In this document: positions 45,741 through 55,470 of the stretch, in pieces
Layout: every line of letters starts with the position of its first letter
Position numbering within the stretch: the stretch's first letter is position 1
NCBI GenBank assembly: GCA_040776905.1
Contig: JAXGZQ010000001.1
Coordinates: 1,564,400-1,628,399 of the forward strand
Source: Clostridia bacterium
GTDB taxonomy: Bacteria; Bacillota; Clostridia; Saccharofermentanales; UBA5734
DNA: 64,000 nt
Reading direction: 5' to 3'
The notes under the pieces: generated by a model
What the model saw: only the letters and a program-made list of their open reading frames with translations
What the model was told of the DNA's origin: nothing
The model's database searches: none
Made by a program: the position numbers and the translations under genes

Positions 45741-46916
45741 ATGAACCAATACAAGCCACTCACGATACCGGAACGAATTCTGATGGGACCGGGACCGAGC
45801 GATGTCGCGCCGTCAGTTCTGCGCGCCATGGCCAGCCCGCTGCTTGGCCATCTGGATCCTGTTTTCATGACGATCATGAATGAGATCATGGCTCAGCTGC
45901 GCGATGTCTTCGCGACGGAAAACAAGCTCACCATGCCGATGTCCGGAACAGGCAGTGCCGGCATGGAAACCGCTTTTGTCAATGTCATTGAACCGGGTGA
46001 TGTGGTCATCGTCGGCGTCAAAGGCGTTTTTGGCCAGCGGATGGTGGATGTTGCCCAGCGCTGCGGTGCCCGGGTGGTTCAAGTTGAAGCCCCCTGGGGC
46101 GAAGCGATCCGGCCGGAGCAGATCGAAGACGCGCTGAAGCGCGAGAAAAAGATCAAGGCTGTCGCGATTGTTCATGCGGAAACGTCAACCGGTGTGCGCC
46201 AGCCGCTGGCAGAAATCGGCCGTCTGGCACATGCCTATGACGCGCTGTATATTGTTGACGCGGTGACATCACTCGGTGGTATCCCGGTCGATGTCGATGA
46301 CAATGGCATCGATGTCTGCTACAGCGGGACGCAGAAATGCATCAGCGCTCCGCCCGGACTGGCGCCAGTGACATTGAATGAACGGGCTGCCGCCGTCATG
46401 GCCGGCCGCAAAACAAAGGTACAGAGCTGGTATCTGGATCTGAATATGATACAAAGCTACTGGGGCAATGAACGCCTGTATCACCATACCGCGCCGATCA
46501 CCATGAACTACGCGATCCATGAAGCCCTGCGTCTGATCCTGGATGAAGGGCTGGAAGCATGCTACGAGCGTCATGACCGTCTTGGCCGCGCTCTGCAGAC
46601 CGGACTGGAAGCCATGGGCCTCAAACTCCTGGTCAATGCTGATATCCGTCTGCCGGAACTGACGACTGTCCATATACCTGACGGTGTTAATGATGCCGCG
46701 GTCCGGGGACAGCTGCTCGAGCAGTTCGGCATTGAAATCGGCGGAGGACTCGGTGCCTTCAAGGGTAAGCTGTGGCGTGTCGGGCTGATGGGACATTCCT
46801 GCCAGATCCGCCATGTGGTGACCTTCCTGGCCGCTCTGGAGACCGCGTTGAAGGATCAGGGCTTTACACCTGAGAATGACGGCGTTGACGCGGCGATGAA
46901 AATAATCCACGGCTGA
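45741..46916 (+). CDS. class V aminotransferase (alanine-glyoxylate / serine-pyruvate aminotransferase family)
   Basis: GPGPS N-terminal motif and SGTQK PLP-lysine motif. 391 aa. GAGGTGA SD. Confidence 0.9.
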   Translation: MNQYKPLTIPERILMGPGPSDVAPSVLRAMASPLLGHLDPVFMTIMNEIMAQLRDVFATENKLTMPMSGTGSAGMETAFVNVIEPGDVVIVGVKGVFGQRMVDVAQRCGARVVQVEAPWGEAIRPEQIEDALKREKKIKAVAIVHAETSTGVRQPLAEIGRLAHAYDALYIVDAVTSLGGIPVDVDDNGIDVCYSGTQKCISAPPGLAPVTLNERAAAVMAGRKTKVQSWYLDLNMIQSYWGNERLYHHTAPITMNYAIHEALRLILDEGLEACYERHDRLGRALQTGLEAMGLKLLVNADIRLPELTTVHIPDGVNDAAVRGQLLEQFGIEIGGGLGAFKGKLWRVGLMGHSCQIRHVVTFLAALETALKDQGFTPENDGVDAAMKIIHG

Positions 46917-46944
46917 TATCGACTGACTTTACTATCCTGAAATC

Positions 46945-46978
46945 AAAAAAGGATGTCCTGCCGGGACATCCTTTTTTG
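46945..46978. terminator. bidirectional intrinsic terminator
   Basis: AAAAAA-GGATGTCC-TGCCG-GGACATCC-TTTTTT. Confidence 0.75.
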
Positions 46979-46993
46979 ACTGGACAAAGATCA

Positions 46994-47734
46994 TCAGACA
47001 TAGCGGATTTTGACACCTGAGAAGCTGAGAGAGCCCTGCAGTCGGACATTGACAATTTTGTCGTCGCGGCTGATCAGCCCCTCTTCACTGACCGAGGAGG
47101 CAAATGAGCTGACTTTGTCCTGGATCGCCCAGTTGCGGGGGACGACCAGTTCCACACCGGAGAACGCGACACTGAGATTGATCTGCAGCGGATCCGCCGC
47201 GACCTGGCACTGGTCAAAAAAGATTTTGGTCCCGCCGAAGCTGCAGCCGACATTGACACGTTTGAGCTGACGGGCATGAATGTATTTCGTTTCTTCACCG
47301 AAGCTGCAGTTGATGTTGACCTGTTCATCTTCGCCTGAGACCGCGTCATCAGCGGCCGCGTCATCCTGTCCGGCATCGATGATCTCACCGTTTGAACGAA
47401 AGTCATGATGAATCTTGACATGCCGGTGGCGGGATCTGGGCCGCAGCAGTGCGCTGAGCCCGATGCCGAGAATCGCGATGGCAACGATCACCAGGACGAT
47501 GTTCATGTCTTCAAGACCCAGCGGTACACGCCAGAGATAGAGAATGACCGCCAGCGGGAGTGTGCCGATGAAATACTGGCGATGCAGGAAACTTGATATT
47601 GAGATGCCAAGCAGCAGTACACTGGCGATGATCCGGGTCAGATCATAGGTCTGACCGATATTGAGGGCGTGCAGCAGCAGCAGAACGCCGCAGCCCAGGA
47701 GAAGCAGACTCCACAGAATTCTAGATGTTTTCAT
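46994..47734 (-). CDS. membrane protein with a LiaF-like (DUF2154-type) C-terminal domain; partner of the LytTR regulator
   Basis: 4 N-terminal TM helices, then a repetitive beta-rich C-domain (VNINCSFGEE...VNVGCSFGGTKIFF...LSVAFSGVELVVP). GAGAGG SD 7 nt before ATG 47734. Overlaps the LytTR stop by 14 nt. Confidence 0.6.
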   Translation of the reverse strand: MKTSRILWSLLLLGCGVLLLLHALNIGQTYDLTRIIASVLLLGISISSFLHRQYFIGTLPLAVILYLWRVPLGLEDMNIVLVIVAIAILGIGLSALLRPRSRHRHVKIHHDFRSNGEIIDAGQDDAAADDAVSGEDEQVNINCSFGEETKYIHARQLKRVNVGCSFGGTKIFFDQCQVAADPLQINLSVAFSGVELVVPRNWAIQDKVSSFASSVSEEGLISRDDKIVNVRLQGSLSFSGVKIRYV

Positions 47735-48188
47735 AGATAAACCTCTCATTCATTTTTCTGAACAGCTCACGACCATACATACGGGAACAATATATCTCCT
47801 TATGCGACTGGCGGAAAGCGACCAGACTGACACCGGTCAGGCTCTTCTGAATGGAATAGATGTGCAGGATGCTGGCGATCGCCGAGCGGGAGACACGGAC
47901 GAAATATCCCGGCAGCGCAGCTTCCAGTTCATACAGCCTGGCTTTGACTTCAAACGCGTCAGCCGCCGAATGCGCATATACATGGTCGTCATCTGTCTCA
48001 AAAAATAAAATTTCACGCAGCGAGAGATAATAATGCTCATCTCCCTTATAAAAGACGATGGGCTGCCGGGACACATCCTGCCGACGGATCAGATTGGCCA
48101 TTGCTTCGATTTCCGGTGTCAGCTCATGACAGCGGATCACAGCGGTTTCTGGTTGGTTTTTATCAACAATTTCAAGTCGCACATGCAT
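47721..48188 (-). CDS. LytTR-domain DNA-binding protein without a receiver domain
   Basis: 155 aa. LytTR core (FFETDDDHVYAHSAADAFEVKARLYELEAALPGYFVRVSRSAIASILHI). Confidence 0.8.
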   Translation of the reverse strand: MHVRLEIVDKNQPETAVIRCHELTPEIEAMANLIRRQDVSRQPIVFYKGDEHYYLSLREILFFETDDDHVYAHSAADAFEVKARLYELEAALPGYFVRVSRSAIASILHIYSIQKSLTGVSLVAFRQSHKEIYCSRMYGRELFRKMNERFIYENI

Positions 48189-48244
48189 GATCAGACCTCA
48201 CATCCCCATTATAGGCATGGATTGTAACGGGCAAAAGAGCCTGA

Positions 48245-48276
48245 CGGTGAGTGGTTGTGTTTGAGCGGTGAGTGGT
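48245..48276. promoter_or_regulatory. perfect 11-bp direct repeat CGGTGAGTGGT x2 (21-bp register) upstream of the LytTR operon
   Basis: Copies at 48245-48255 and 48266-48276. They lie just upstream of a minus-strand TATAAT (48208-48213). Confidence 0.45.
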
Positions 48277-48305
48277 CAGAAACAAAAGGTTGCTGCTGCC
48301 GCGGC

Positions 48306-50492
48306 TCAGCTCCATTCGATCGTAACGCGTTGTGTTTTTTGGCCGGACAGTTCAATGCTGCGTTCATCCGGCTGATGGCCTCCGACATCAATCTGCCAGA
48401 CGCCTCTGGCGATCGCGCGCTGCCCCTGATCATCAGCCTGCCAGAAATGCTTGCGCAGCAGTTCCAGTCTGAAGGATTTTGTCTCGCCGGGTGCCAGCTC
48501 AATCGCCGCAAGGCCGCGCAACTGATGGTGTGCCTGGCGGAAACGGACATCGGCCGGTGCCTTCAGATACAGTTGGATGATCTCCCGGCCTGCCTGGCTG
48601 CCTTGATTGGTCACCTGGCCGCTGACCGCGATGAGCGGGTCATTTCGCCGGGCCATCAGATCATCATCCGCATCAAGCGGCTCAGTGTCAAACCGGGTCA
48701 CCTGAAGTGGTCCATAGGAAAATGATGTGTAGCTGAGACCGAAACCAAAGGGGTAGAGCGGTGTCTTTGTCATGTAGCGATAGGTGCGGTCCTTCATGCT
48801 GTAGTCAGTGAAATCAGGCAGTTCCTCACTGCTGCGGTAAAAAGTGACCGGCAATCGACCGGAGGGCGAGAAATCACCGCAAACCAGCTGGGCCAGAGCA
48901 CGGCCGCCCTGAGCACCCGGATACCAGGCCTGGATGATCGCGTCTGCTTTTTCATCCGCCAGCGGCACAGCCAACGAGCTGCCGGCCAGAAGAACGACGA
49001 TGACCGGTTTGCCGCTGTCCAGCAGGGCTTCGAGCAGCTGGTGCTGATAACCGGGCAGATTGAGATCCTGTTTATCGCCGGAAGAGTACTGGTTGCCGGT
49101 ATCACCTTCTTCACCTTCGAGACCGGCATCAAGGCCGAGACAGAGGATAACCGCGTCAGCCTGGTCAGCACAGGCCAGTGCCTCACTGATTCGATCGCCG
49201 GGCTGGCTGAGATTGGTCATGGACGGATTGTACAGGTGGCAGCCTTCGGCATATAAAACGCGCGTGCCTGGCGCTGCGGTTTCGATGAAACCACGCAGCG
49301 GTGTCGCCGGATCATTCGGTGTCCCGTTATAGTTGCCGAGCAGCGCCGCCGGATTGTCGGCGTTCGGACCGACGACGGCCAGTGTACGGATCGATTCACG
49401 GCGCAGTGGCAGGACTCCGTTGTTTTTCAGGAGAACCAGACTGCGGCGGGCTGTTTCCAGATTGATCGCACGGTGTTCAGCCCCATCGACCAAATCAAAG
49501 GACAGCGTTTTCCAGGGCTGGTCCTGGACGTCTCCCAGCAGACCGAGACGGTAGCGGGCTGTCATCAGCCGGACCAGTGACACATCAATCGCGGCCTCAT
49601 CAATCAGGCCGTCTTCAACCGCCGCAAGCAGACTGAGGTACGCGGTACCGCAGTTGAGGTCGCAGCCGCGGCGGACAGCCAGCGCGGCGGATTCCGGCAT
49701 GTTTGAAGTCACGCCGTGCCCGTCGTGAAAATCCTTGATGGCCCAGCAGTCACTGGTGACATGTCCGTCAAACTGCCACAGTCCGCGCAGGATCTGTTCC
49801 AGCAGATATGGATGCGCGCAGCAGGGATCACCGTTGGTCCGGTTGTAAGCGCCCATGACAGATTCAACCTGTCCGTCGACAACACATTCCTCAAAGGCAT
49901 AGAGGTATGTGTCCCACAGATCCCGCAGATCTGAGCGGGCATCAAAATGATGGCGCAGCGCCTCAGGCCCCGAGTGGACCGCGTAATGCTTGGCACAGGC
50001 CGCGGCCTTGAGCCATCGTTCGTCAGTTCCTTGAATGCCGCGGATGAACGCTTTACCGCATTCCGCCGTCAGGAAAGGATCCTCGCCGTAAGTCTCATGT
50101 CCCCGGCCCCAGCGCGGGTCACGGAAAATATTGATATTCGGTGACCAGAAGGTCAGTCCCTTGTAAATATCACGGTCGCCGCGTCGGCTGGCCGCTTCAT
50201 ATTTCGCCCGCCCTTCGGTTGAGATGACATCGGCGACTTTTTCAAGCCAGACGGGATCGAACATCGCCGCCAGGCCGATCGCCTGCGGGAAAACGGTCGC
50301 CACCCCTGCTCTCGCGACCCCATGCAGCGCTTCATTCCACCAGTTATAGGCCGGAATGCCCAGGCGGGCCGACTCAGCGGCACCGTGGACCATCTGAAGC
50401 ACCTTCTCATCCAGCGTCATTTGCGCCACAAGCGCTCTGGCGCTTGCTTTATACTGATCATCAATTTCCCGGTGAATCGTTCCTGTCGGCAT
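48306..50492 (-). CDS. glycoside hydrolase family 3 beta-glucosidase/xylosidase-like, cytoplasmic
   Basis: 728 aa. GH3 motifs KHYAVHSGPE and nucleophile region HVTSDCWAI. C-terminal Fn3-like domain. GGAGGG SD. Confidence 0.9.
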   Translation of the reverse strand: MPTGTIHREIDDQYKASARALVAQMTLDEKVLQMVHGAAESARLGIPAYNWWNEALHGVARAGVATVFPQAIGLAAMFDPVWLEKVADVISTEGRAKYEAASRRGDRDIYKGLTFWSPNINIFRDPRWGRGHETYGEDPFLTAECGKAFIRGIQGTDERWLKAAACAKHYAVHSGPEALRHHFDARSDLRDLWDTYLYAFEECVVDGQVESVMGAYNRTNGDPCCAHPYLLEQILRGLWQFDGHVTSDCWAIKDFHDGHGVTSNMPESAALAVRRGCDLNCGTAYLSLLAAVEDGLIDEAAIDVSLVRLMTARYRLGLLGDVQDQPWKTLSFDLVDGAEHRAINLETARRSLVLLKNNGVLPLRRESIRTLAVVGPNADNPAALLGNYNGTPNDPATPLRGFIETAAPGTRVLYAEGCHLYNPSMTNLSQPGDRISEALACADQADAVILCLGLDAGLEGEEGDTGNQYSSGDKQDLNLPGYQHQLLEALLDSGKPVIVVLLAGSSLAVPLADEKADAIIQAWYPGAQGGRALAQLVCGDFSPSGRLPVTFYRSSEELPDFTDYSMKDRTYRYMTKTPLYPFGFGLSYTSFSYGPLQVTRFDTEPLDADDDLMARRNDPLIAVSGQVTNQGSQAGREIIQLYLKAPADVRFRQAHHQLRGLAAIELAPGETKSFRLELLRKHFWQADDQGQRAIARGVWQIDVGGHQPDERSIELSGQKTQRVTIEWS

Positions 50493-50512
50493 GGTCTGCC
50501 CTCCCTGACTGA

Positions 50513-52000
50513 TTATTCTTTCCGGCTGAAACTGCGCTCATCCGGCTGAAACGGTACTACATCCGCGGTTTCAAAGAGAAAGCGGAGCATCCTTTCTTTC
50601 AGTGAAATCAGAATGTCCTGCAGATCTGGTTCTTCGATCAGGTTATGCATCTCCCGAGGATCCTGCTGCAGGTCATAGAGCTCATCATTTTCATTCAGGC
50701 GCCGTACATATTTGTACCGATCGGTGCGCAGCATGACCGCCAGACTGTGCTCGGGGCCGCTGCCGGTCTGCAGGGACAGCCTGGGTGAGTAGAGCCCGTC
50801 ATCACTGCCGCTCGAAGTGGATTGGAATTCCGAGCAGTGCCATTCGTCCGGCCGTCGCCCACCTTCACAGAAAACAGCGTCCCGGTGCTGGTCGGTCTGT
50901 CCCTGGATCAAGGGGAGAAGGGAGCGGCCGAACTGTGTCCAGTCAAACGTCAGTCCAGCCAGATCAACAACTGTCGCGGGAAAGTCAACCAGTTCAACGA
51001 GGGCATCACGGACGCCCGGGCGGACCCCGGCATCACGCGGCGGCTTGACGATCAGGGGAACCCGGGTCAGACAGTCCTGAAACGTATTCTGAGTTTTTTC
51101 AACCAGTCCGTAATCACCGGTAAAATCTCCGTGATCGCTGAAAAAGAAGACCGCGCTGTCATCATAACGACCGCTTCGTTTCAGTGCTGCCATCAACTGG
51201 CCGAACTGGTCGTCAATCCGGGCACACATCCCGAGATACGTCGCTTTCAGCTCTGTCAGCCGCTCCCGGCTCCAGCCGGACAGCCGCTGCCTCTCGTAAA
51301 GTCCCCGCAGAATTGAAGGCTTATCCTCCCAGCGCCCATATGGTGGCAGGGGAGGCTCAACCCGGCTGCGGTCAATCTGGCTGTAATAGGGTTCCTCAAC
51401 ACCATAAGGAGGATGTGGATACAGCAAGGGCAGATAGATGCACAGCGGTTGATCGCCGTCGTATGAATCAATCAGGTCGATCGCGTCCAGCACATGGGCC
51501 CAGTCTTCATCAATATAAGGTCCGGGTCCGCGTGGTGTCAGGCGCCCGGCGTAAAATGAGTAGTAATTATCTCCGTCAGACGGTCCGCGCCACCAGGTTT
51601 CCGCATGCAGATTGTAGCCGGTCAGTTCACGATCGCTCCGGTTGTAGTGGCTGCAGACATCGTCATAGCCATGCTGCCCGGGAATCAGGTCGTTCTTGCC
51701 GCCCCACCAAACATGATAACCGGCCTGTTTGAGCGAGCGGAGCAGAACCGGCTCATGCGGCTGCATCATGTGATACATGGTCCGATGGCCATGCACATGA
51801 GGATACCAGCCGCTCATGAACGAACAGCGGCTGGGCGTGCAGACCGGATTCTGACAGTAGGCCTGGGCGAAAGAGACGGCATCCTCGCGGCAGATCCGGT
51901 CGAGATTCGGGGTGCTGCCCTGACCACCAAGATGAGCCAGCGCGTCACTGCGGAACTGGTCCGGATTGAAGATGATCAGATGGGGCTTCTTACCAGGCAT
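50513..52000 (-). CDS. Cys-type sulfatase (formylglycine-dependent), no signal peptide
   Basis: PHLIIFNPDQFR and the CTPSR (CxPxR) motif followed by CSFMSG. GGAGG SD. Confidence 0.9.
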   Translation of the reverse strand: MPGKKPHLIIFNPDQFRSDALAHLGGQGSTPNLDRICREDAVSFAQAYCQNPVCTPSRCSFMSGWYPHVHGHRTMYHMMQPHEPVLLRSLKQAGYHVWWGGKNDLIPGQHGYDDVCSHYNRSDRELTGYNLHAETWWRGPSDGDNYYSFYAGRLTPRGPGPYIDEDWAHVLDAIDLIDSYDGDQPLCIYLPLLYPHPPYGVEEPYYSQIDRSRVEPPLPPYGRWEDKPSILRGLYERQRLSGWSRERLTELKATYLGMCARIDDQFGQLMAALKRSGRYDDSAVFFFSDHGDFTGDYGLVEKTQNTFQDCLTRVPLIVKPPRDAGVRPGVRDALVELVDFPATVVDLAGLTFDWTQFGRSLLPLIQGQTDQHRDAVFCEGGRRPDEWHCSEFQSTSSGSDDGLYSPRLSLQTGSGPEHSLAVMLRTDRYKYVRRLNENDELYDLQQDPREMHNLIEEPDLQDILISLKERMLRFLFETADVVPFQPDERSFSRKE

Positions 52001-52041
52001 GTCAACCTCCGTCCTGCTGTCTGTTCAGTTTTTACCGGCGG

Positions 52042-53154
52042 TCAGTAAATGGACCGGCCGGCCAGCTTATAATCAGCGATTTTCAGTTTGCGCATGACAT
52101 CGATGCCGTAGGGGCAGCGTTCATTGCAAAGGCCGCAGTCAGTACAGCGGTCGGCCTTTACCGTCAGAGCGGCATAATCTTCGCGTGCCTGGCGGTCATT
52201 GCCGAACCAGAAGCGAAGCCGGTCACGCAGAGCGAAGTCGGACGCGTTCCGAACGATGCCGTCCCGCATCTGTCGGTCATAATGGCCTTCCATCAGGAAA
52301 ATAAGCGGCAGGTCAATCTGTTCCGGACAAGGCAGGCACAGGCCACATTGCCGGCAGACATAATTCCCCAGCTCAGGCGCGTCGTGATAAAGCTGTTCCA
52401 GCGCTTCGTCTGTCGGCGGGACATAATCATTGGCGAACGTAAGATCATCTCGCAGCATCGCTTCAGTGTTGATCCCGGTCACGACAACGGAGACGGGCCG
52501 GCTGAACGCGTATTGGAACGCCCTGGACGCGGACTGCCAGAGCAGACCGTCTGCCAGCGGTTTCATCAGAATGACCGCGCAGCCTTTTTCAGCGGCCAGC
52601 GGCAGCAGTTCGTCTTCAATGGCGGGGAAATTGAATCGATCATAATAATTGATGGTGGTCATGACGGCTTCGAATGGGTATCGCTTGAGGGCTTCGACCA
52701 GGACATCCGGTCGACCATGCATGGAGAGTCCGACATGGTCCGCCTTGCCGGCCTCGCGGGCGGTGAGAAATCCTTCGATTGCACCGCCCGGACCGAGGAT
52801 CTGGTCCAGTTCAGCCAGTGTGGCCACTCCATGCATCAGAACAACATCAAGGTGGTCTGTCTGCAGATTCTCCAGACTGCGGTCGAGGGTTCTCAAAAAA
52901 CCGTCCCGGTCGCGGTCCGCCATCTTTGAGACCAGCATGTACTCCTGCCGGCGATGTGATATCGCCTGGCCGATCTTGCGTTCTGATTCACCGTTGCCAT
53001 AGTTCGCGGCGGTTTCAATGTAATTGCCGCCACTGTCAAGGTAAGCGTTGAGAAGCCGTGTGGATGTTTCGAGGTCGATCTCCAGCAGATGGAAACCACC
53101 AAAACCGAGAATCGTTGAGGCCAGACCTGTCTGGCCGAACGGACGTGTCAGCAT
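52042..53154 (-). CDS. aldo/keto reductase fused to a 2x[4Fe-4S] ferredoxin-like C-terminus
   Basis: AKR N-domain, then CRQCGLCLPCP and CTDCGLCNERCP cluster motifs. GGAGGG SD. Confidence 0.85.
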   Translation of the reverse strand: MLTRPFGQTGLASTILGFGGFHLLEIDLETSTRLLNAYLDSGGNYIETAANYGNGESERKIGQAISHRRQEYMLVSKMADRDRDGFLRTLDRSLENLQTDHLDVVLMHGVATLAELDQILGPGGAIEGFLTAREAGKADHVGLSMHGRPDVLVEALKRYPFEAVMTTINYYDRFNFPAIEDELLPLAAEKGCAVILMKPLADGLLWQSASRAFQYAFSRPVSVVVTGINTEAMLRDDLTFANDYVPPTDEALEQLYHDAPELGNYVCRQCGLCLPCPEQIDLPLIFLMEGHYDRQMRDGIVRNASDFALRDRLRFWFGNDRQAREDYAALTVKADRCTDCGLCNERCPYGIDVMRKLKIADYKLAGRSIY

Positions 53155-53200
53155 GCCATGTCCCTCCTGTCATCGGAATAATCGGTTGGAGTCTGGTTTT

Positions 53201-53209
53201 ATTATAGCA
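53201..53209 (-). promoter_or_regulatory. extended -10 TGcTATAAT, candidate promoter for the AKR-sulfatase-GH3 operon
   Basis: Reverse complement of ATTATAGCA at 53201-53209, 46 nt upstream of ATG 53154. Confidence 0.4.
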
Positions 53210-53238
53210 TGATGATCGCCGGGACAACGGCAGATCGG

Positions 53239-53520
53239 TCAGACAAGTGGATGATCAGATTGCTTTTCCAGACGGCGGTTGCGGACATACAACAGAAGAT
53301 CAAGTGAAACGATCGTCAGATTGAAGATGTAAACGAGAATCACCAAATCCTGCGAATATAAAACCTTATGTAGAATACCGCTGACATAGCCAATCCAGAT
53401 CGCGATCAGAAACAAGAGGCTTTTCCCCTTTGTGCTGCGTGCCCGATAGGATTTCAACGCGGCAAAAGGCCAGGAAATCCCGAAACAGACCAGCATGATC
53501 AGCTCAAAAACACTATTCAT
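53239..53520 (-). CDS. 93-aa 3-TM membrane protein, PQ-loop/SemiSWEET-like topology
   Basis: TM1 is followed by WPFAALKSYRARSTKGKS (PQ-loop-like position), then two more TM helices. ATGA overlap with the upstream GTPase stop. Confidence 0.5.
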   Translation of the reverse strand: MNSVFELIMLVCFGISWPFAALKSYRARSTKGKSLLFLIAIWIGYVSGILHKVLYSQDLVILVYIFNLTIVSLDLLLYVRNRRLEKQSDHPLV

Positions 53521-55463
53521 TGAATCGCACCTCTCACATAAAGAATATATTTGTCACGGTCCAAAGGATTGATCCCGCGATACTCCGTACTTTCACCATA
53601 ACCTTCCGGACAGGGCTGGTAATCGGCGAATGTCATGGCCAAAATACCACGTCCACCTGTGACCTGGGCGACGAAGACCGGGAAATCCATTGATTCAGCG
53701 GCCGGTACCCGTCCGGTCAGAAGGCGCCTGGTTTCAGGGTCCGTCTGATCTGGGACATCATCCGGCGGTTCAGCGTCAAGCTGGCCCCGCATGGTCACGA
53801 TCCGGCTGATCATCCTGCCGGTGTCTGCCTGGGGGATCGAGAGCCAGAAGCGGAGAATCGGTTCAAGCAAACGGGTTCCGGCGGCGACGAGTCCCTTCAT
53901 GATGGCCATCGGGGTGACGGTGGCGAAGTCCAGTGGATGCGTGTGGACCGGATGATCCTCACCATCGGCCAGCGTGATTTTCAGATCGGTCACCTGCCAG
54001 CCAAGTGGACCCTGCTGCAGCGCGGGACCGATGGTCTGTTCGACCTGGCCCTGATAACGATAGTGAATCCGTGTATCGGGTGTCCGGCTTTCATAGATGA
54101 CACCGCTCCCTGTCGGCAGCGGTTCAATTTCAAACCGGACGATCGCCCAGCAGGGTTTCGGCATGGTATAGGCATCAAAACCGATCGCCGGTTTGACCGG
54201 AGTTTCCCGGTAAATAATCTGCGGCGGCTCAATCCCGACTTTTAGATCGAACCGTGTCTCAAACAGGTTGGCGAGAATCTCAATTTGAATCGGGCCGGTG
54301 ACATGAAGAAGCAGTTGGCGGACACCAGGAACCCAGATCATATCCAATTTCGGATCTTCCGCGGTCAGTTCCTCGCAGGCAGCGACCAGCCGGCTGAGAT
54401 CCTGCTCATCGACAGGGCGCAGGCGGACCTGGAGCAGCGGCTGGGCAACAGGGACTGAACGGGGCACATGTGCGGCGTCTCCCAGCCAGTCGCCGGCCCG
54501 GACATCCGACAGTCCACAGATCGCCGCGATATCGCCGGCTGCCATCTCACCGATATCAGACGCGCGCCTGCCGGAGGTTTTGCGGATCTGGACAATCTTG
54601 GCCGTTGTGCCGCGGGTCGCGTTGAAGACGGCATCACGGTTTTTCAGTCGGCCGCTGTACAGGCGGACATAGGCGATCCGTCCCAGCCGCGGATCGTGTT
54701 CGACTTTGAAGACAGACGCCGCGACCGGTCCATCGGGATCGCCGGCTGGTGGCCTCGCGGTCAGAATGATCAGGTCGAGCAGCTCACGGATTCCTTGTCC
54801 GAGCAGTGCGCTGCCGGTCAGGTATGGGGCCGTCAGGCCGTCATGCATCTGCCGGATCAGGGCTTCAACAAGCTGTTCCCGATCCGCGTTCCGACCTTCC
54901 AGCCACAACTCGGCGAGCTGATCATCATGTTCCGCCAGTTCAGACAGCCATTGATCCTCCTGGCCGGCGGGAAGCACCGAGAGACGGAGCAGTTGACGCA
55001 CAGTGGCCAGCACCCGCTCAGGGTCGGCACCGGTGCGGTCGGTTTTGTTGATAAAGAGAATGACCGGACAGTTCAGACGGCGAAGTGCCTGGTAGTACTG
55101 TTCGCTTTGGGCCTGGACGCCTTCAACCGCGGAAAGGCAGAGTACCGCGCAGTCAAGGACCTGCAGGCTGCGCTCAACCTCAGCCGCGAAATCAACATGA
55201 CCGGGGGTGTCGATCAGATTGATCGTCACACCTTGCCAGTGGATGACGGTTGTCGCCGTCCGTACGGAAATCCCGCGGCGGCGCTCGACCTCCATATAGT
55301 CAGTCTGGGCCGTTCCCAGATCCACACTGCCGGGGGCAAGCACCGCACCGCTGTGATAAAGAAGCTGTTCGGTCAGCGTGGTCTTTCCAGCGTCAACATG
55401 GGCGATAATCCCGATATTGATCACAGAACCACGATTTTCAACTGACAAGTCGTTTTTCTGCAT
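53517..55463 (-). CDS. translation-factor GTPase with Tet(M)/Tet(O)-like ribosomal-protection architecture
   Basis: INIGIIAHVDAGKTTLTEQLLY (G1), DTPGH (G3), NKTD (G4). ~650 aa and collinear with Tet(M) as I recall it, including the C-terminal domain V. Start uncertain among ATG 55463, TTG 55487 and GTG 55424. Confidence 0.85.
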   Translation of the reverse strand: MQKNDLSVENRGSVINIGIIAHVDAGKTTLTEQLLYHSGAVLAPGSVDLGTAQTDYMEVERRRGISVRTATTVIHWQGVTINLIDTPGHVDFAAEVERSLQVLDCAVLCLSAVEGVQAQSEQYYQALRRLNCPVILFINKTDRTGADPERVLATVRQLLRLSVLPAGQEDQWLSELAEHDDQLAELWLEGRNADREQLVEALIRQMHDGLTAPYLTGSALLGQGIRELLDLIILTARPPAGDPDGPVAASVFKVEHDPRLGRIAYVRLYSGRLKNRDAVFNATRGTTAKIVQIRKTSGRRASDIGEMAAGDIAAICGLSDVRAGDWLGDAAHVPRSVPVAQPLLQVRLRPVDEQDLSRLVAACEELTAEDPKLDMIWVPGVRQLLLHVTGPIQIEILANLFETRFDLKVGIEPPQIIYRETPVKPAIGFDAYTMPKPCWAIVRFEIEPLPTGSGVIYESRTPDTRIHYRYQGQVEQTIGPALQQGPLGWQVTDLKITLADGEDHPVHTHPLDFATVTPMAIMKGLVAAGTRLLEPILRFWLSIPQADTGRMISRIVTMRGQLDAEPPDDVPDQTDPETRRLLTGRVPAAESMDFPVFVAQVTGGRGILAMTFADYQPCPEGYGESTEYRGINPLDRDKYILYVRGAIQ

Positions 55464-55470
55464 GAAGATA

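Noticed and set aside
54468-55445. 325-aa plus-strand ORF inside the GTPase gene. Similar cases are 34229..35176 (-), 25634..26494 (-), 20155..20916 (-), 56683..57372 (-) and 60857..61603 (+).
   Set aside because: All are antisense to genes with unambiguous motifs (G-domain, Zn-ADH, ABC, rSAM, response regulator). They are GC-driven open frames.
53517-55463. An acquired tet(M)/tet(O)-type tetracycline-resistance determinant on a conjugative transposon
   Set aside because: No integrase, excisionase, conjugation or Tn916-like genes flank it. Composition matches its surroundings. The domain-IV loop differs from the YSPVSTP motif I recall for bona fide RPPs. I therefore report it as an RPP-like paralogue only.
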